Numbered from the stretch's first letter, positions 29,540 through 39,399 are shown. The stretch is DNA of 58,678 bases from Candidatus Omnitrophota bacterium (GCA_026387435.1 JAPLLS010000046.1:1-58678), one strand, 5' to 3'. Notes: a model not told the origin generated them from the letters alone. Numbers and translations: made by a program.

Positions 29540-30889
29540 ATGGCGGAAAAATTGTGGGGAGGAAGGTTCAAAAAGCAGCTTGATAACGAATTTTATCTCT
29601 TCCAGAAATCGATCCAGTATGATTATAAGCTGGCGATGTATGATATTTACCACTCCATGATCCATATCAGCGCTTTGGTCTACACTAAGGTCCTGAAAGT
29701 TGAGGAAGCTCACAAGCTGGAGATGGGGCTTTTAGCCATTCTCAAAGAAGTAAAAGCGGGCAAGTTCAAATATGACCCGCTTTCCGAGGATATTCATACC
29801 GAGATCCAGAACCGGTTGGAGAAGAAATACAAAAGCATCGCTTTGAAAATGCACAGCTTTCGTTCCCGTAACGACCAGATCGTTTTTGACGAGAAGTATT
29901 ATTGCATCCACCAGGGGCTGGACATTGAGCGACTGCTGGCTAATGTTTTTGTTTCCCTGTTCGAGCTGGCGGAAAAATACAAGGATAATTTCTTTGTCGG
30001 ATACACCCATACCCGCCGGGCGCAGGTGATCAAGTTCTCCAATTACATTTTAAGCTTTGGCCGGATGCTGGAACGCGACCTCAAGCACCTGGAGTATTAC
30101 TGTAAAAATACGGAGATCTTTCTGGGATCAGGGGCGCTGGCCGGCTCTTTTATCAAAAAAGAGGATTATGATAAAGCGATCAAAGTGTTCATTAAAAAAT
30201 ATTCCCAGGATTTCCCTTTTAAGATCTCTCTGACCCGTAATTCCCTGGATAATGTCAGCTCCCGGGATTTTATTGTTGAGTTTTTAAGTATCCTGGCGAT
30301 CTTACAGACGCATCTTTCGCGCCTGGCCGAGGATTTTATCCTGTATTCGACCAAGGAGTTCAATTACCTGGGCCTTCCGGAGGAATTTTGCACGGGCTCC
30401 AGCCATATGCCGCATAAGAAGAACCCGGATTTCCTGGAGCTGGTCCGCGGTTATACCGGACGCATCCACGCTAACCTTTTTGCGGTACTGACGATCATGA
30501 AAGGGCTACCTTTGACTTACAATCGGGATATGCAGCTGGATAAAGAGCCGCTGTTTTCAACGGTTGAGATTGTAAAAAGCGAGCTCTCTATCCTGGCCAG
30601 GTTTCTTCGGGGAATAAAAATCAATACCAGGCAAGTCGATCTGGCCCTGGAAGATGAAAGTCTCTACGCTACTGAGCTGGCCGAGCATCTGGTCGGAAAA
30701 GGGCTGCCTTTTAAGACCGCCCATGAAGTTATCGGCAAACTTATCCGCTATTCCGAAGAAAAGAATGTCAAGCTCACCGACATAGTGGATGAGATATTGA
30801 AGGAATTTTCCCCTCATTTGAACAAAAATGAGATCAAAAAGATATTCAGTCCTGCTTTTGCCGTGCAGACCAAGCGTTCGGTACAGTGA
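29540..30889 (+). CDS. argH: Argininosuccinate lyase (divergent)
   Basis: KLWGGRF, EDIH, RSRNDQ, GSSHMPHKKNPD, YNRDMQ motifs. Confidence 0.93.
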   Translation: MAEKLWGGRFKKQLDNEFYLFQKSIQYDYKLAMYDIYHSMIHISALVYTKVLKVEEAHKLEMGLLAILKEVKAGKFKYDPLSEDIHTEIQNRLEKKYKSIALKMHSFRSRNDQIVFDEKYYCIHQGLDIERLLANVFVSLFELAEKYKDNFFVGYTHTRRAQVIKFSNYILSFGRMLERDLKHLEYYCKNTEIFLGSGALAGSFIKKEDYDKAIKVFIKKYSQDFPFKISLTRNSLDNVSSRDFIVEFLSILAILQTHLSRLAEDFILYSTKEFNYLGLPEEFCTGSSHMPHKKNPDFLELVRGYTGRIHANLFAVLTIMKGLPLTYNRDMQLDKEPLFSTVEIVKSELSILARFLRGIKINTRQVDLALEDESLYATELAEHLVGKGLPFKTAHEVIGKLIRYSEEKNVKLTDIVDEILKEFSPHLNKNEIKKIFSPAFAVQTKRSVQ

Positions 30890-30932
30890 TAGCCGTTTGT
30901 GAAATTTTCTAAAAGGAGAAGAACCGGAAAAT

Positions 30933-32177
30933 ATGCATGAATTCAAGTTTAAGAACAACTTACTTTACTGCGAAGATGTTCAGGTCCGCGATCTGGTCAA
31001 GAAGTATAATACCCCGTTGTATGTTTACTCCTACAATACTTTTATCGGCCATTTCCTGAAGTTAAAGGCGGCTTTTCAACAGGTTAACCCTTTGATCTGT
31101 TATTCCGTCAAAGCTAATTCCAATCTGGCTATCCTTAAAGCTTTGGTGGCTCGTGGCGCGGGGCTGGATATCGTTTCCGGCGGTGAATTGTTCCGCGCCA
31201 TCCGCGCCGGATGCGACCCGGCTAAGATCGTTTACGCTTCCGTCGGAAAGACCGATGTCGAGATAGAAGAGGCGATCCGCAAGGGTATAAAGTTTTTTAA
31301 CGTGGAGTCCCTGCCGGAACTGGAGAATATTAACCGCATCGCCGGGCGATTGCGCAAGATCACCAATGTGGCGATCAGGATAAATCCCGATGTCGCTCCC
31401 AAGACCCATCATTATATCACTACGGGTAAGCTGACTAATAAGTTCGGCATTGATTTCGCTACTGCCCGGAAAGTGCTTTTATTAGGCAGGAAATTGCGCA
31501 ACGTTAATATCAGCGGCATCCATATTCATATCGGTTCACAGATCACTGACGGCGCTCCTTTTTTGGAGGCGATCAAGAAAGTTATCGCTTTTATTTCCCA
31601 GCTTAAGCTCAAAGGAGTTAATATCGAGTACTTGAATATCGGCGGGGGCTTAGGAATAATTTATCAAAACGAAAAGCCTCAGACCGCAGATGAGTTTGCC
31701 CGGAAAGTTTTGCCCGTGTTAAAGGACAGCGGTTTAAAGATCATTATGGAGCCGGGCAGGTTTATTATCGGTTCAGCCGCGATCCTGGCGGTGAAAGTCC
31801 TTTACATCAAGAAGACTCCGCTCAAGAATTTTATGATCGTTGACGCGGGAATGAATGATCTTATCCGTCCCGCGCTGTATGACGCGCATCATGAGATCGT
31901 CCCGCTAAAAACACCTTCATCAAAAAAGACGATGAAAGTAGATGTGGTCGGCCCGATATGCGAAAGCGGGGATTTTTTGGCCAAGGCCCGGAATCTGCCG
32001 GTAACCAAAGAGGGGGATTTTCTGGCGGTAATGTGCACCGGAGCGTACGGCTTCAGCATGGCCAGTAATTATAATTCCCGCAGACGTCCGGCGGAAGTAT
32101 TAATAAAAGGCGATCAGGTAAAGCTGATCCGCAAGAGGGAAAGTCAGGAAGACCTGATCCGTAACGAGATTTGGTAA
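30933..32177 (+). CDS. lysA: Diaminopimelate decarboxylase
   Basis: YSVKAN, HIGSQ, EPGR, GPICESGD, YGFSMASNYN motifs. Confidence 0.96.
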   Translation: MHEFKFKNNLLYCEDVQVRDLVKKYNTPLYVYSYNTFIGHFLKLKAAFQQVNPLICYSVKANSNLAILKALVARGAGLDIVSGGELFRAIRAGCDPAKIVYASVGKTDVEIEEAIRKGIKFFNVESLPELENINRIAGRLRKITNVAIRINPDVAPKTHHYITTGKLTNKFGIDFATARKVLLLGRKLRNVNISGIHIHIGSQITDGAPFLEAIKKVIAFISQLKLKGVNIEYLNIGGGLGIIYQNEKPQTADEFARKVLPVLKDSGLKIIMEPGRFIIGSAAILAVKVLYIKKTPLKNFMIVDAGMNDLIRPALYDAHHEIVPLKTPSSKKTMKVDVVGPICESGDFLAKARNLPVTKEGDFLAVMCTGAYGFSMASNYNSRRRPAEVLIKGDQVKLIRKRESQEDLIRNEIW

Positions 32178-32357
32178 GTAAGTCTGAGTAAATAGAAGTA
32201 AGTTTAAGTAATAATATTATAGAATATAATATAAAATAGTAAAAAAATTATAAATATAGATAAATAAGTAAGTAGTTAGAATTGAAATAATAGAATATAG
32301 AGAGATAAATGAGTAATAAGCGAGTAATATTAAGTAGGTTTAAGTAAAACGGAGTAA
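32176..32357 (+). repeat. AT-rich intergenic region with two arrays of 10-bp-phased RAGTAR boxes
   Basis: Boxes start at 32176/32186/32196/32206 and 32311/32322/32332/32342/32352. Confidence 0.75.
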
Positions 32358-32364
32358 GTTTATA

Positions 32365-33195
32365 ATGAATAAAAAGAAGATAGATTTTGATAAACTGGAA
32401 GGTGCAGGCAATGATTTTGTCCTGATCGACAACCGTGTTTATAAGATTTCTTCGACCAAACTTCTCCAGGCTCTGGCCCGGAAAATGTGCGACAGGAAAC
32501 TCGGGGCAGGCGCGGACGGGCTTTTGGTCCTGGAAAGATCCAGGGTCGCAGATGTGAGAATGAGGATCATTAATGCTGACGGTTCCGAAGCTGAAATGTG
32601 CGGTAACGGAGCCCGGTGTTTTGCTTATAATTTTGCCAGGCAAAAGAAAGCTTTAAATAATTTTTCTCTGGCTTTGGAGACCAAAGCCGGCATTGTCAAA
32701 GCCCAGGTCTTCAAGGATAACGTTAAAATAAATCTTACTCCGCCTAAAGATTTAAAGCTGGATATTCCCTTAAAAGTAAGCGGTCGAACTATTAAAGTTA
32801 ACGTTATTAATACCGGAGTGCCGCACGCGGTAATTTTTGTCCAGGGGTTGGATAAGATCGACGTGCAAACCCTGGGCTGCGAGATCCGCAATCACCGCTA
32901 TTTCGCGCCGGCAGGGACGAACGTCAATTTTGTCGAGGTTTTAAACCGGGATTCAATGAGGATCAGGACTTATGAAAGAGGAGTTGAAGCAGAGACTTTG
33001 GCTTGCGGCACCGGCTCTACTGCGGCGGCATTAATTACGAGTATTAAGATGAACAAGAATATCGATAAGATCAACGTGCACACTGCCGGCGGCGAGATCC
33101 TGAAAATCAGTTTTAACAAGAGTAAAAACTCGTTTAGCGATGTCTGGCTGGAAGGCCGGGCCAGGTTAGTCTACAGAGGAGAATACTATGTTTGA
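32365..33195 (+). CDS. dapF: Diaminopimelate epimerase
   Basis: GAGNDF, EMCGNGARC, GVPH, ERGVEAETLACGTG motifs. Confidence 0.96.
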   Translation: MNKKKIDFDKLEGAGNDFVLIDNRVYKISSTKLLQALARKMCDRKLGAGADGLLVLERSRVADVRMRIINADGSEAEMCGNGARCFAYNFARQKKALNNFSLALETKAGIVKAQVFKDNVKINLTPPKDLKLDIPLKVSGRTIKVNVINTGVPHAVIFVQGLDKIDVQTLGCEIRNHRYFAPAGTNVNFVEVLNRDSMRIRTYERGVEAETLACGTGSTAAALITSIKMNKNIDKINVHTAGGEILKISFNKSKNSFSDVWLEGRARLVYRGEYYV

Positions 33196-34066
33196 AGGTT
33201 CGTTAGTAGCTTTGGTTACCCCGTTCAAGAACGGCAAAGTCGACGAGAAAAAATTAAAAGAGCTGATCGAATTCCAGATCAAGAACGGCACTTCCGGAAT
33301 TGTCCCCTGCGGAACGACCGGAGAATCCGCCACGCTTTCCACCGCTGAGCATGAGCGGGTGATCGAGATCACCATTGAGAAAGTGAACAAAAGGGTCCCG
33401 GTGATCGCCGGAACCGGTTCTAATTCCACCGAAGAAGCCATCAACCTGACCAAGCACGCGGCAGCCAGCGGAGCAAGCGCTTCTTTGCAGGTTTCGCCGT
33501 ATTATAACCGGCCGACCCAGAAAGGTCTTTATGAACATTTCAAGGCTATTGCCGATGCCGTGAATATTCCCATCGTCCTTTACAACATTGCCGGGCGCAC
33601 CGGAGTGAACATCGAGCCGGAGACCATTGCGAAATTAGCCAAGGATTGCAAGAACATCGTGGGGGTCAAGGAAGCTTCGGGAAATCTGGAGCAAATGTCC
33701 AGGATCAAATTTCTCTGCCCGGAAAATTTTGACCTTATTTCCGGAGACGACGGATTGACTTTGCCGGTTTTAGCGATCGGAGGCACCGGGATCATTTCGG
33801 TCGTAGCCAACATCGCGCCTAAGGATGTAGCTAATATGGTCAAGGAGTACCGGAAAGGCAATGTGGACAAAGCCCGCAGCCTGCATTACAAATTATTCCC
33901 GCTGGTCAAGGCCATGTTCATCGAGACTAATCCTATCCCGGTTAAAACGGCGATGGGTATGCTGGGTATTTGCGAGCCGGATCTGCGCTTGCCGATGACC
34001 GCGATGCTGCCGGAGAACGCCGACAAATTAAGGAAGGCCCTTAAAGAGTACGGGCTTTTAAAATAG
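33188..34066 (+). CDS. dapA: 4-hydroxy-tetrahydrodipicolinate synthase
   Basis: GTTGE, PYYNRP, LYNIAGRT, GVKEAS, SGDD motifs. Confidence 0.97.
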   Translation: MFEGSLVALVTPFKNGKVDEKKLKELIEFQIKNGTSGIVPCGTTGESATLSTAEHERVIEITIEKVNKRVPVIAGTGSNSTEEAINLTKHAAASGASASLQVSPYYNRPTQKGLYEHFKAIADAVNIPIVLYNIAGRTGVNIEPETIAKLAKDCKNIVGVKEASGNLEQMSRIKFLCPENFDLISGDDGLTLPVLAIGGTGIISVVANIAPKDVANMVKEYRKGNVDKARSLHYKLFPLVKAMFIETNPIPVKTAMGMLGICEPDLRLPMTAMLPENADKLRKALKEYGLLK

Positions 34067-34115
34067 CTAACCTGCAACATCACCTACGCGGTGATCTTGG
34101 GTAAGGAGAGTACTT

Positions 34116-34838
34116 ATGATAAAGCTAGGAGTCGCCGGAGCGATCGGCAAAATGGGAAGAAGGATCATTGAACTTGCCCAGCAGGACAAGGATTTTGAAG
34201 TTACTTTTGCCCTGGAACGCCGGGGGATCCCGGAGATAGGCAAGGAGATCGGAAAACTCAAGATCTCCTCCAATCCCGACGGAATGTTTTTGATCGACGT
34301 GTTCGTGGATTTTACCACGCCTGAGGCCAGCGACGGCCACCTGGATTACGTGGCCAGGTATAAGAAAGGGTTGGTCCTGGGAACAACCGGGTTAAGCGAG
34401 GCCCAGATCAAGAAAGTCGAAGAAGTTTCCAAAGTAGTCCCGGTAGTATTTACTCCCAATATGTCCATCGGAGTCAATACTTTATTTAATGTTCTGCCGG
34501 AAATAGCCAAGAAGCTGGGGCCGGATTACAGCATTGAAATAGTCGAGGCCCACCATAAGTTCAAGAAAGACGCGCCTTCGGGAACCGCCAAGAAAATGGC
34601 TGAGGTAATTACCGGTGTTACCGGAAAAACAATCCCGACCCATTCTGTCCGGCTGGGGGACATTTTCGGTGACCACACGGTTATCTTCTGCGGCAATTCC
34701 GAGCGGATCGAGATTAAACATCAAGCTCACACCCGCGACCTGTTCGTGGTCGGGGCCTTAAAGGCGGCAAAATGGATCGCCAACAAGCCGGCGGGATTGT
34801 ATACCATGCAGGACGTGTTGTACTCGAGTAAAGCGTGA
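34116..34838 (+). CDS. dapB: 4-hydroxy-tetrahydrodipicolinate reductase
   Basis: GAIGKMG, GTTG, EAHHKFKKDAPSGTA motifs. Confidence 0.97.
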   Translation: MIKLGVAGAIGKMGRRIIELAQQDKDFEVTFALERRGIPEIGKEIGKLKISSNPDGMFLIDVFVDFTTPEASDGHLDYVARYKKGLVLGTTGLSEAQIKKVEEVSKVVPVVFTPNMSIGVNTLFNVLPEIAKKLGPDYSIEIVEAHHKFKKDAPSGTAKKMAEVITGVTGKTIPTHSVRLGDIFGDHTVIFCGNSERIEIKHQAHTRDLFVVGALKAAKWIANKPAGLYTMQDVLYSSKA

Positions 34839-34849
34839 CAGGTCATTAG

Positions 34850-34963
34850 TTCGTCCTCGGCAGACATTCGCGGATTTCATTAAAATCCGCTCATGCCACG
34901 GACTAAATTCGGCCCAATAACTTATGTCGCACTTCGTGCTCCATAAGTTATGGCCTCATTTAA
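34850..34963 (-). repeat. Structured two-hairpin repeat, copy 3
   Basis: Near-identical to copies 1 and 2; GCAC-ttc-GTGC loop; ends CTCATTTAA directly before the RBS of the next gene. Confidence 0.9.
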
Positions 34964-34972
34964 GGGGGAGTT

Positions 34973-36004
34973 ATGGACCAGCTATTAAAGAAAATTTTGG
35001 ATGCTTCCGGGATCTCGGGATACGAAAAAGAGATCACCGGGATAATGAAGGCTGAATTGAAAAAAAGTTGTTCTGAAGTGATCATCGATAATTTCGGCAA
35101 TGTCATCGCCAGAAAAGGCAAAGGCAAGAAGAAGATCATGATCGCCGCGCACATGGATGAAGTTGGTTTCCTGGTAAAACATATCAGTAAAGAGGGCTTC
35201 ATTTATTTTATCAAGGTCGGCGGGATCGACGACCGGATCCTTCTCGGCCAGAGGGTGGTTATTAAGTCCAAAAAAGGCGACATCCAGGGTATTATCGGAG
35301 CCAAGCCGCCGCATCTGATGAAAGACGATGAATCCAAGCGCACGGTAAAATACGAGGACATGTTCATCGATATCGGCTGCAAGAGCAGGGAAGAAGCGGC
35401 CAAGAAAGTGGAGATCGCCGACCCTATAGTTTTTGACGCGGACGCCGGGATTTTGAACGGGGATTTGTGTTACGGTAAAGCCATAGATAACCGTGTCGGT
35501 TGTTACGCGATGATCAAGATCATGGAAAAGCTCAAAGTTCCGGCTGAGGTTTACGCCGTGGCGACTGTCCAGGAGGAAGTCGGGTTAAAAGGCGCGCGCA
35601 CTTCGTCGTTCAAGATCAATCCCGATTTTGCCATCGCCATCGACACTACGGTCGCCGGAGACACTCCGGGGATCAAGGAGACCGAATCCAACTTGAAACT
35701 GGGATCCGGCGTGGCTATCACCATAATCGAGGCATCCGGACGGGGAGTGATCGTCAACGAAAAAGTCAAAGAACTTTTTATCGAGACCGCGAAAAAGAAC
35801 AACGTCCGCTATCAGATCGATGTCATCGAAGGCGGGATGACCGACGGCGCGATCATTTATATGAACCGCGAGGGAATTCATACCGGGGTTTTGAGCATTC
35901 CTACCCGGTATATCCATTCCTCGACCGGGGTTTTTAATCTTAATGACCTGGACTCGGCGGTGGATCTGGCGATCAGAATTATTGAGAAAGTAGCCAAAGC
36001 TTAA
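34973..36004 (+). CDS. M42 family metallopeptidase
   Basis: AAHMDEVG, KAIDNR, QEEVG, D and H metal-ligand motifs (RYIHS). Confidence 0.9.
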   Translation: MDQLLKKILDASGISGYEKEITGIMKAELKKSCSEVIIDNFGNVIARKGKGKKKIMIAAHMDEVGFLVKHISKEGFIYFIKVGGIDDRILLGQRVVIKSKKGDIQGIIGAKPPHLMKDDESKRTVKYEDMFIDIGCKSREEAAKKVEIADPIVFDADAGILNGDLCYGKAIDNRVGCYAMIKIMEKLKVPAEVYAVATVQEEVGLKGARTSSFKINPDFAIAIDTTVAGDTPGIKETESNLKLGSGVAITIIEASGRGVIVNEKVKELFIETAKKNNVRYQIDVIEGGMTDGAIIYMNREGIHTGVLSIPTRYIHSSTGVFNLNDLDSAVDLAIRIIEKVAKA

Positions 36005-36018
36005 AAAGGAGATATTCG

Positions 36019-37182
36019 ATGGATTATGCTTTTTCCAAAAGACTGCAGGAATTACCTCCTTATCTTTTTCTGGAGATCGATAAAGCCAAAAGAAAAGCCC
36101 GCCAGGAAGGCCGGGATATTATCGATTTAGGCGTGGGAGACCCGGATCTTCCTACTCCGCAGTTCGTGATTGAGGCCTTAAATAAAGCGGCCAATGACCC
36201 GGCTAACCATCGCTACGCCCTGGACCAGGGAATGCCGATTTTACGCCAAGCCATCGCTAAATGGTACGCCAGAAGATTCAATGTCCAGCTGGAACCGGAC
36301 ACTGAGGTCCTGCCTTTGATCGGCTCAAAAGAAGGGATCGCCCATTTTCCTCTGGCTTTCATCAATCCCGGCGAGTATTCATTAGTTCCTGATCCCTGTT
36401 ATCCTCCCTATAAAGGCGGGACGATATTCGCAGACGGCAAAGTTCATCTAATGCCTTTACTGGAAAAAAACGGTTTCCGGCCTGACCTGGATAAGATTCC
36501 GGCGGCTAAACTCAAAAAAGCCAAAGTTCTTTATCTGAATTATCCCAATAATCCCACCGGCGCGACCTGCGACTTGGAGTTTTATTGCAAGGCCGTAGAT
36601 TTCTGCCGGAAAAATAATCTTATTCTGCTTTCTGACCTGGCGTATTCGGAGATGGCTTATGACGGGTACAAGCCGCAGAGCGTCTTTGAAGTCGATGGGG
36701 CCAAGGACGTAGCTATCGAGTTCCATTCACTCTCCAAGACTTACAATATGACCGGGTGGCGGGTAGGCTGGGCTTGCGGGAATAAAAGCCTGGTTGCGGG
36801 ATTAGCTAAAGTAAAATCCAACCTGGATTCGGGAATATTCTCTGCGATCCAGGTAGCGGCAACCGCGGCTTTGGAAGCCGATGACAGCCACATTCGCAAG
36901 ATGTGCCAGATCTATCAGGAGCGCAGGGATTGTCTGGTCAGCGGGCTGAAAGCTTTAGGCTGGAAGACCCAAAATCCCAAAGCCACGTTCTATGTCTGGG
37001 TCAAGACTCCCAGAGGCAAGAGCTCAATAGATTGCGCGGCCGAGATCCTGGAAAAGGCGAATCTGGTGGCAACACCGGGTGTTGGTTTCGGTAAATACGG
37101 CGAAGGTTATATCCGTTTCGCTTTGACCGTGAAAGTCGAAAAAATCAAGGAAGCCATCGAAAGGCTGAAAAAGTTCCGTTAA
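36019..37182 (+). CDS. dapL: LL-diaminopimelate aminotransferase (class I PLP)
   Basis: GSKEG, NYPNNPTG, DLAY, SLSKTYNMTGWRVG; located in the dap cluster. Confidence 0.8.
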   Translation: MDYAFSKRLQELPPYLFLEIDKAKRKARQEGRDIIDLGVGDPDLPTPQFVIEALNKAANDPANHRYALDQGMPILRQAIAKWYARRFNVQLEPDTEVLPLIGSKEGIAHFPLAFINPGEYSLVPDPCYPPYKGGTIFADGKVHLMPLLEKNGFRPDLDKIPAAKLKKAKVLYLNYPNNPTGATCDLEFYCKAVDFCRKNNLILLSDLAYSEMAYDGYKPQSVFEVDGAKDVAIEFHSLSKTYNMTGWRVGWACGNKSLVAGLAKVKSNLDSGIFSAIQVAATAALEADDSHIRKMCQIYQERRDCLVSGLKALGWKTQNPKATFYVWVKTPRGKSSIDCAAEILEKANLVATPGVGFGKYGEGYIRFALTVKVEKIKEAIERLKKFR

Positions 37183-37197
37183 CCTTAACCGGAGAAC

Positions 37198-37704
37198 ATG
37201 GTCAACTGTTTTATCGCGCTCGGTTCAAATCTTGGGGACAGGAAATACTACATCGATACGGCGATAAGAAAGATCCGTACTCTGGCTAATACCAGAGTGA
37301 TCAAGGTCTCGCGCCTTATCGAGACTTTGCCTCAAGGCGGTCCGGCGCAAGGTCCGTATCTTAACGCGGTATTGGAGGCGGCGACCGAACTTTCGCCGTA
37401 CCAGTTGCTTTTTGAATTGCAGAGGATAGAAGCGGCTTTAGGCCGTGTGCGCGTAGTGTTGAACGGGCCGCGGACCATAGACCTGGATATCCTGACGTAC
37501 GGGGATTGCCGTATCAACGAGCAAGCCCTTTGTATTCCTCATCCCCGGATGCTGGAAAGGGATTTTGTGCTCATTCCCCTTAAGGAAATCGCCGGCGGGG
37601 TGGTTAAGAAGTTGTTCAGCAAAAAGAAAAATGTTGTCAGCCGCAAGGTTGTGAAGAATAAATCGTTGAAATCAAAGCGTACTAAACGGAATAAACGCGG
37701 ATAA
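37198..37704 (+). CDS. folK: HPPK with basic C-terminal tail
   Basis: ALGSNLG, GPRTIDLDIL, PHPRMLERDFVL motifs. Confidence 0.94.
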   Translation: MVNCFIALGSNLGDRKYYIDTAIRKIRTLANTRVIKVSRLIETLPQGGPAQGPYLNAVLEAATELSPYQLLFELQRIEAALGRVRVVLNGPRTIDLDILTYGDCRINEQALCIPHPRMLERDFVLIPLKEIAGGVVKKLFSKKKNVVSRKVVKNKSLKSKRTKRNKRG

Positions 37705-37720
37705 CGAACTAACGATTATT

Positions 37721-38569
37721 ATGCGCATTATTCGAAGTATACCCGAAATGCAGAAAATCTGCGCAGCCCTAAAGCGCAAAGGCCGGACCATCGGTTTTGT
37801 TCCTACTATGGGCGCTTTGCATAAGGGCCATTTAAGCCTGATCCAACAGGCCCGCAAAGATAACCGTACGATCGTAGTCAGTATTTTTGTCAATCCTATC
37901 CAATTCGCTCTCCACGAAGACCTTAAAGCTTATCCCCGTCCTTTTAAAAAAGATATTCCTCTTTTACAAAAAGAGAATGTTGATTTTCTTTTTTATCCCC
38001 AGGCAGAAAAAATGTACCCGGAAAATTTCCGGACTTCGGTTGAGGTGAAAGTTATGGGCAAAGTGCTTTGCGGTGTTTCCCGGCCCGACCATTTTTGCGG
38101 GGTAGCCACGGTGGTAACCAAACTTTTCAATATCATCCAGCCGGACGCCGCTTATTTCGGACAGAAAGACGCTCAGCAGGCAACGATCATCCGCAGGATG
38201 GCCGATGATCTGAATATGCCTTTCAAGATCAAAGTCATGCCCACGGTCAGGGATACTGACGGCCTGGCTTTAAGCTCAAGGAATGTTTATCTCAACTCTC
38301 AAGAGCGCCAAGACAGTCTGGTTTTGTCCAAGGCTTTAGGATTGGCCCGGGAATTGATCCGCCATGGCCAGAGAAACGCGCTGTGCGTAATCAACAGGAT
38401 GAAAGCCTTGATCAGAACCAAGAAAACCGCTAAGATCGGCTACATCGCTATAGTAGATAGCCGGACTCTCAATCCGGTTAAAATTGTCGGCAACAACTGT
38501 CTGATCTGCCTGGCAGTGCGTTTCGGAAAGACCAGGTTGATAGATAATTTATTAACGAGAGGGGAATAA
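37721..38569 (+). CDS. panC: Pantoate-beta-alanine ligase
   Basis: PTMGALHKGH, FGQKDAQQ, GLALSSRN, RLIDN motifs. Confidence 0.97.
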   Translation: MRIIRSIPEMQKICAALKRKGRTIGFVPTMGALHKGHLSLIQQARKDNRTIVVSIFVNPIQFALHEDLKAYPRPFKKDIPLLQKENVDFLFYPQAEKMYPENFRTSVEVKVMGKVLCGVSRPDHFCGVATVVTKLFNIIQPDAAYFGQKDAQQATIIRRMADDLNMPFKIKVMPTVRDTDGLALSSRNVYLNSQERQDSLVLSKALGLARELIRHGQRNALCVINRMKALIRTKKTAKIGYIAIVDSRTLNPVKIVGNNCLICLAVRFGKTRLIDNLLTRGE

Positions 38570-38577
38570 GGGAAATT

Positions 38578-39399
38578 ATGAAAATACTCAAAATTGGAAT
38601 CGTGGGATGCGGAGCGATCGGAAGTTCATTGGCTAAGGCGGTCAGCCGGGATTTTAATAAGGCGGCGAAACTCGCGGCTTTATACGATCTTATCCAGGAT
38701 AAATCGGAAGGACTTTCGTTTAAGCTGACCGGAAAAAAAGATCTGGCGGTTGACAGTTTAGAGAGACTTATTCGTAAATCGGACCTGGTCATCGAAGCCG
38801 CCCACGCCAATTGTTCCCTGGATATCGCCCGTAAAGCAGTTTCCAGGGGCAAAGACGCGATGATCATGAGCGTGGGCGGGGTTGTCGGCGGGTTTATTTC
38901 CCTGGCCAGATCAGCTTCCCTGGCCAACGCCAGGATCTACATCCCCAGCGGAGCTATTGCCGGCATCGACGCGCTTAAAGCCGCTCATTTAGGCAAGGTC
39001 AGAAAAGTCGTTCTGACCACCAGGAAAAACCCTTTATCTTTTAAAGGCGTTAAATATGTTCAGGACAAAAAGATCAAGCTGGATAAAATAAAGAAAGATA
39101 CCGTGCTGTTTTCCGGATCCGCGCGCCTGGCGATGAAATTTTTCCCGCAAAACGTCAATGTCGCGGGGATCCTCAGCCTGGCCGGAATAGGATCGAACAA
39201 GACCAGGGTCAAGATCATCGCATCTCCCAGCGCTTTGAGGAATATACACGAGATAGAGATCGAATCGGAAGCCGGCAAAGTTTTTACCCGGACCGAGAAT
39301 GTTTTGCATCCCGATAACCCCAAGACCAGTTACTTAGCGGTTTTATCGGCTGTGGCCACCTTGATACTGATCCTTGAGCCTTCAAGAGTGGGCTCTTGA
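38578..39399 (+). CDS. nadX: L-aspartate dehydrogenase
   Basis: GCGAIG, PSGAIAGID, FPQNVNVA, NIHEI, NPKTSYLA motifs. Confidence 0.88.
   Translation: MKILKIGIVGCGAIGSSLAKAVSRDFNKAAKLAALYDLIQDKSEGLSFKLTGKKDLAVDSLERLIRKSDLVIEAAHANCSLDIARKAVSRGKDAMIMSVGGVVGGFISLARSASLANARIYIPSGAIAGIDALKAAHLGKVRKVVLTTRKNPLSFKGVKYVQDKKIKLDKIKKDTVLFSGSARLAMKFFPQNVNVAGILSLAGIGSNKTRVKIIASPSALRNIHEIEIESEAGKVFTRTENVLHPDNPKTSYLAVLSAVATLILILEPSRVGS

Noticed and set aside
32176-32364. Replication origin
   Set aside because: AT-rich and repetitive, but no TTATCCACA-type DnaA boxes were seen and there is no dnaA/rep context.
34075-34102. Small hairpin ATCACC-tacgc-GGTGAT between dapA and dapB
   Set aside because: Short, single copy and no U-tract; resemblance to the REP-like palindrome is too weak.
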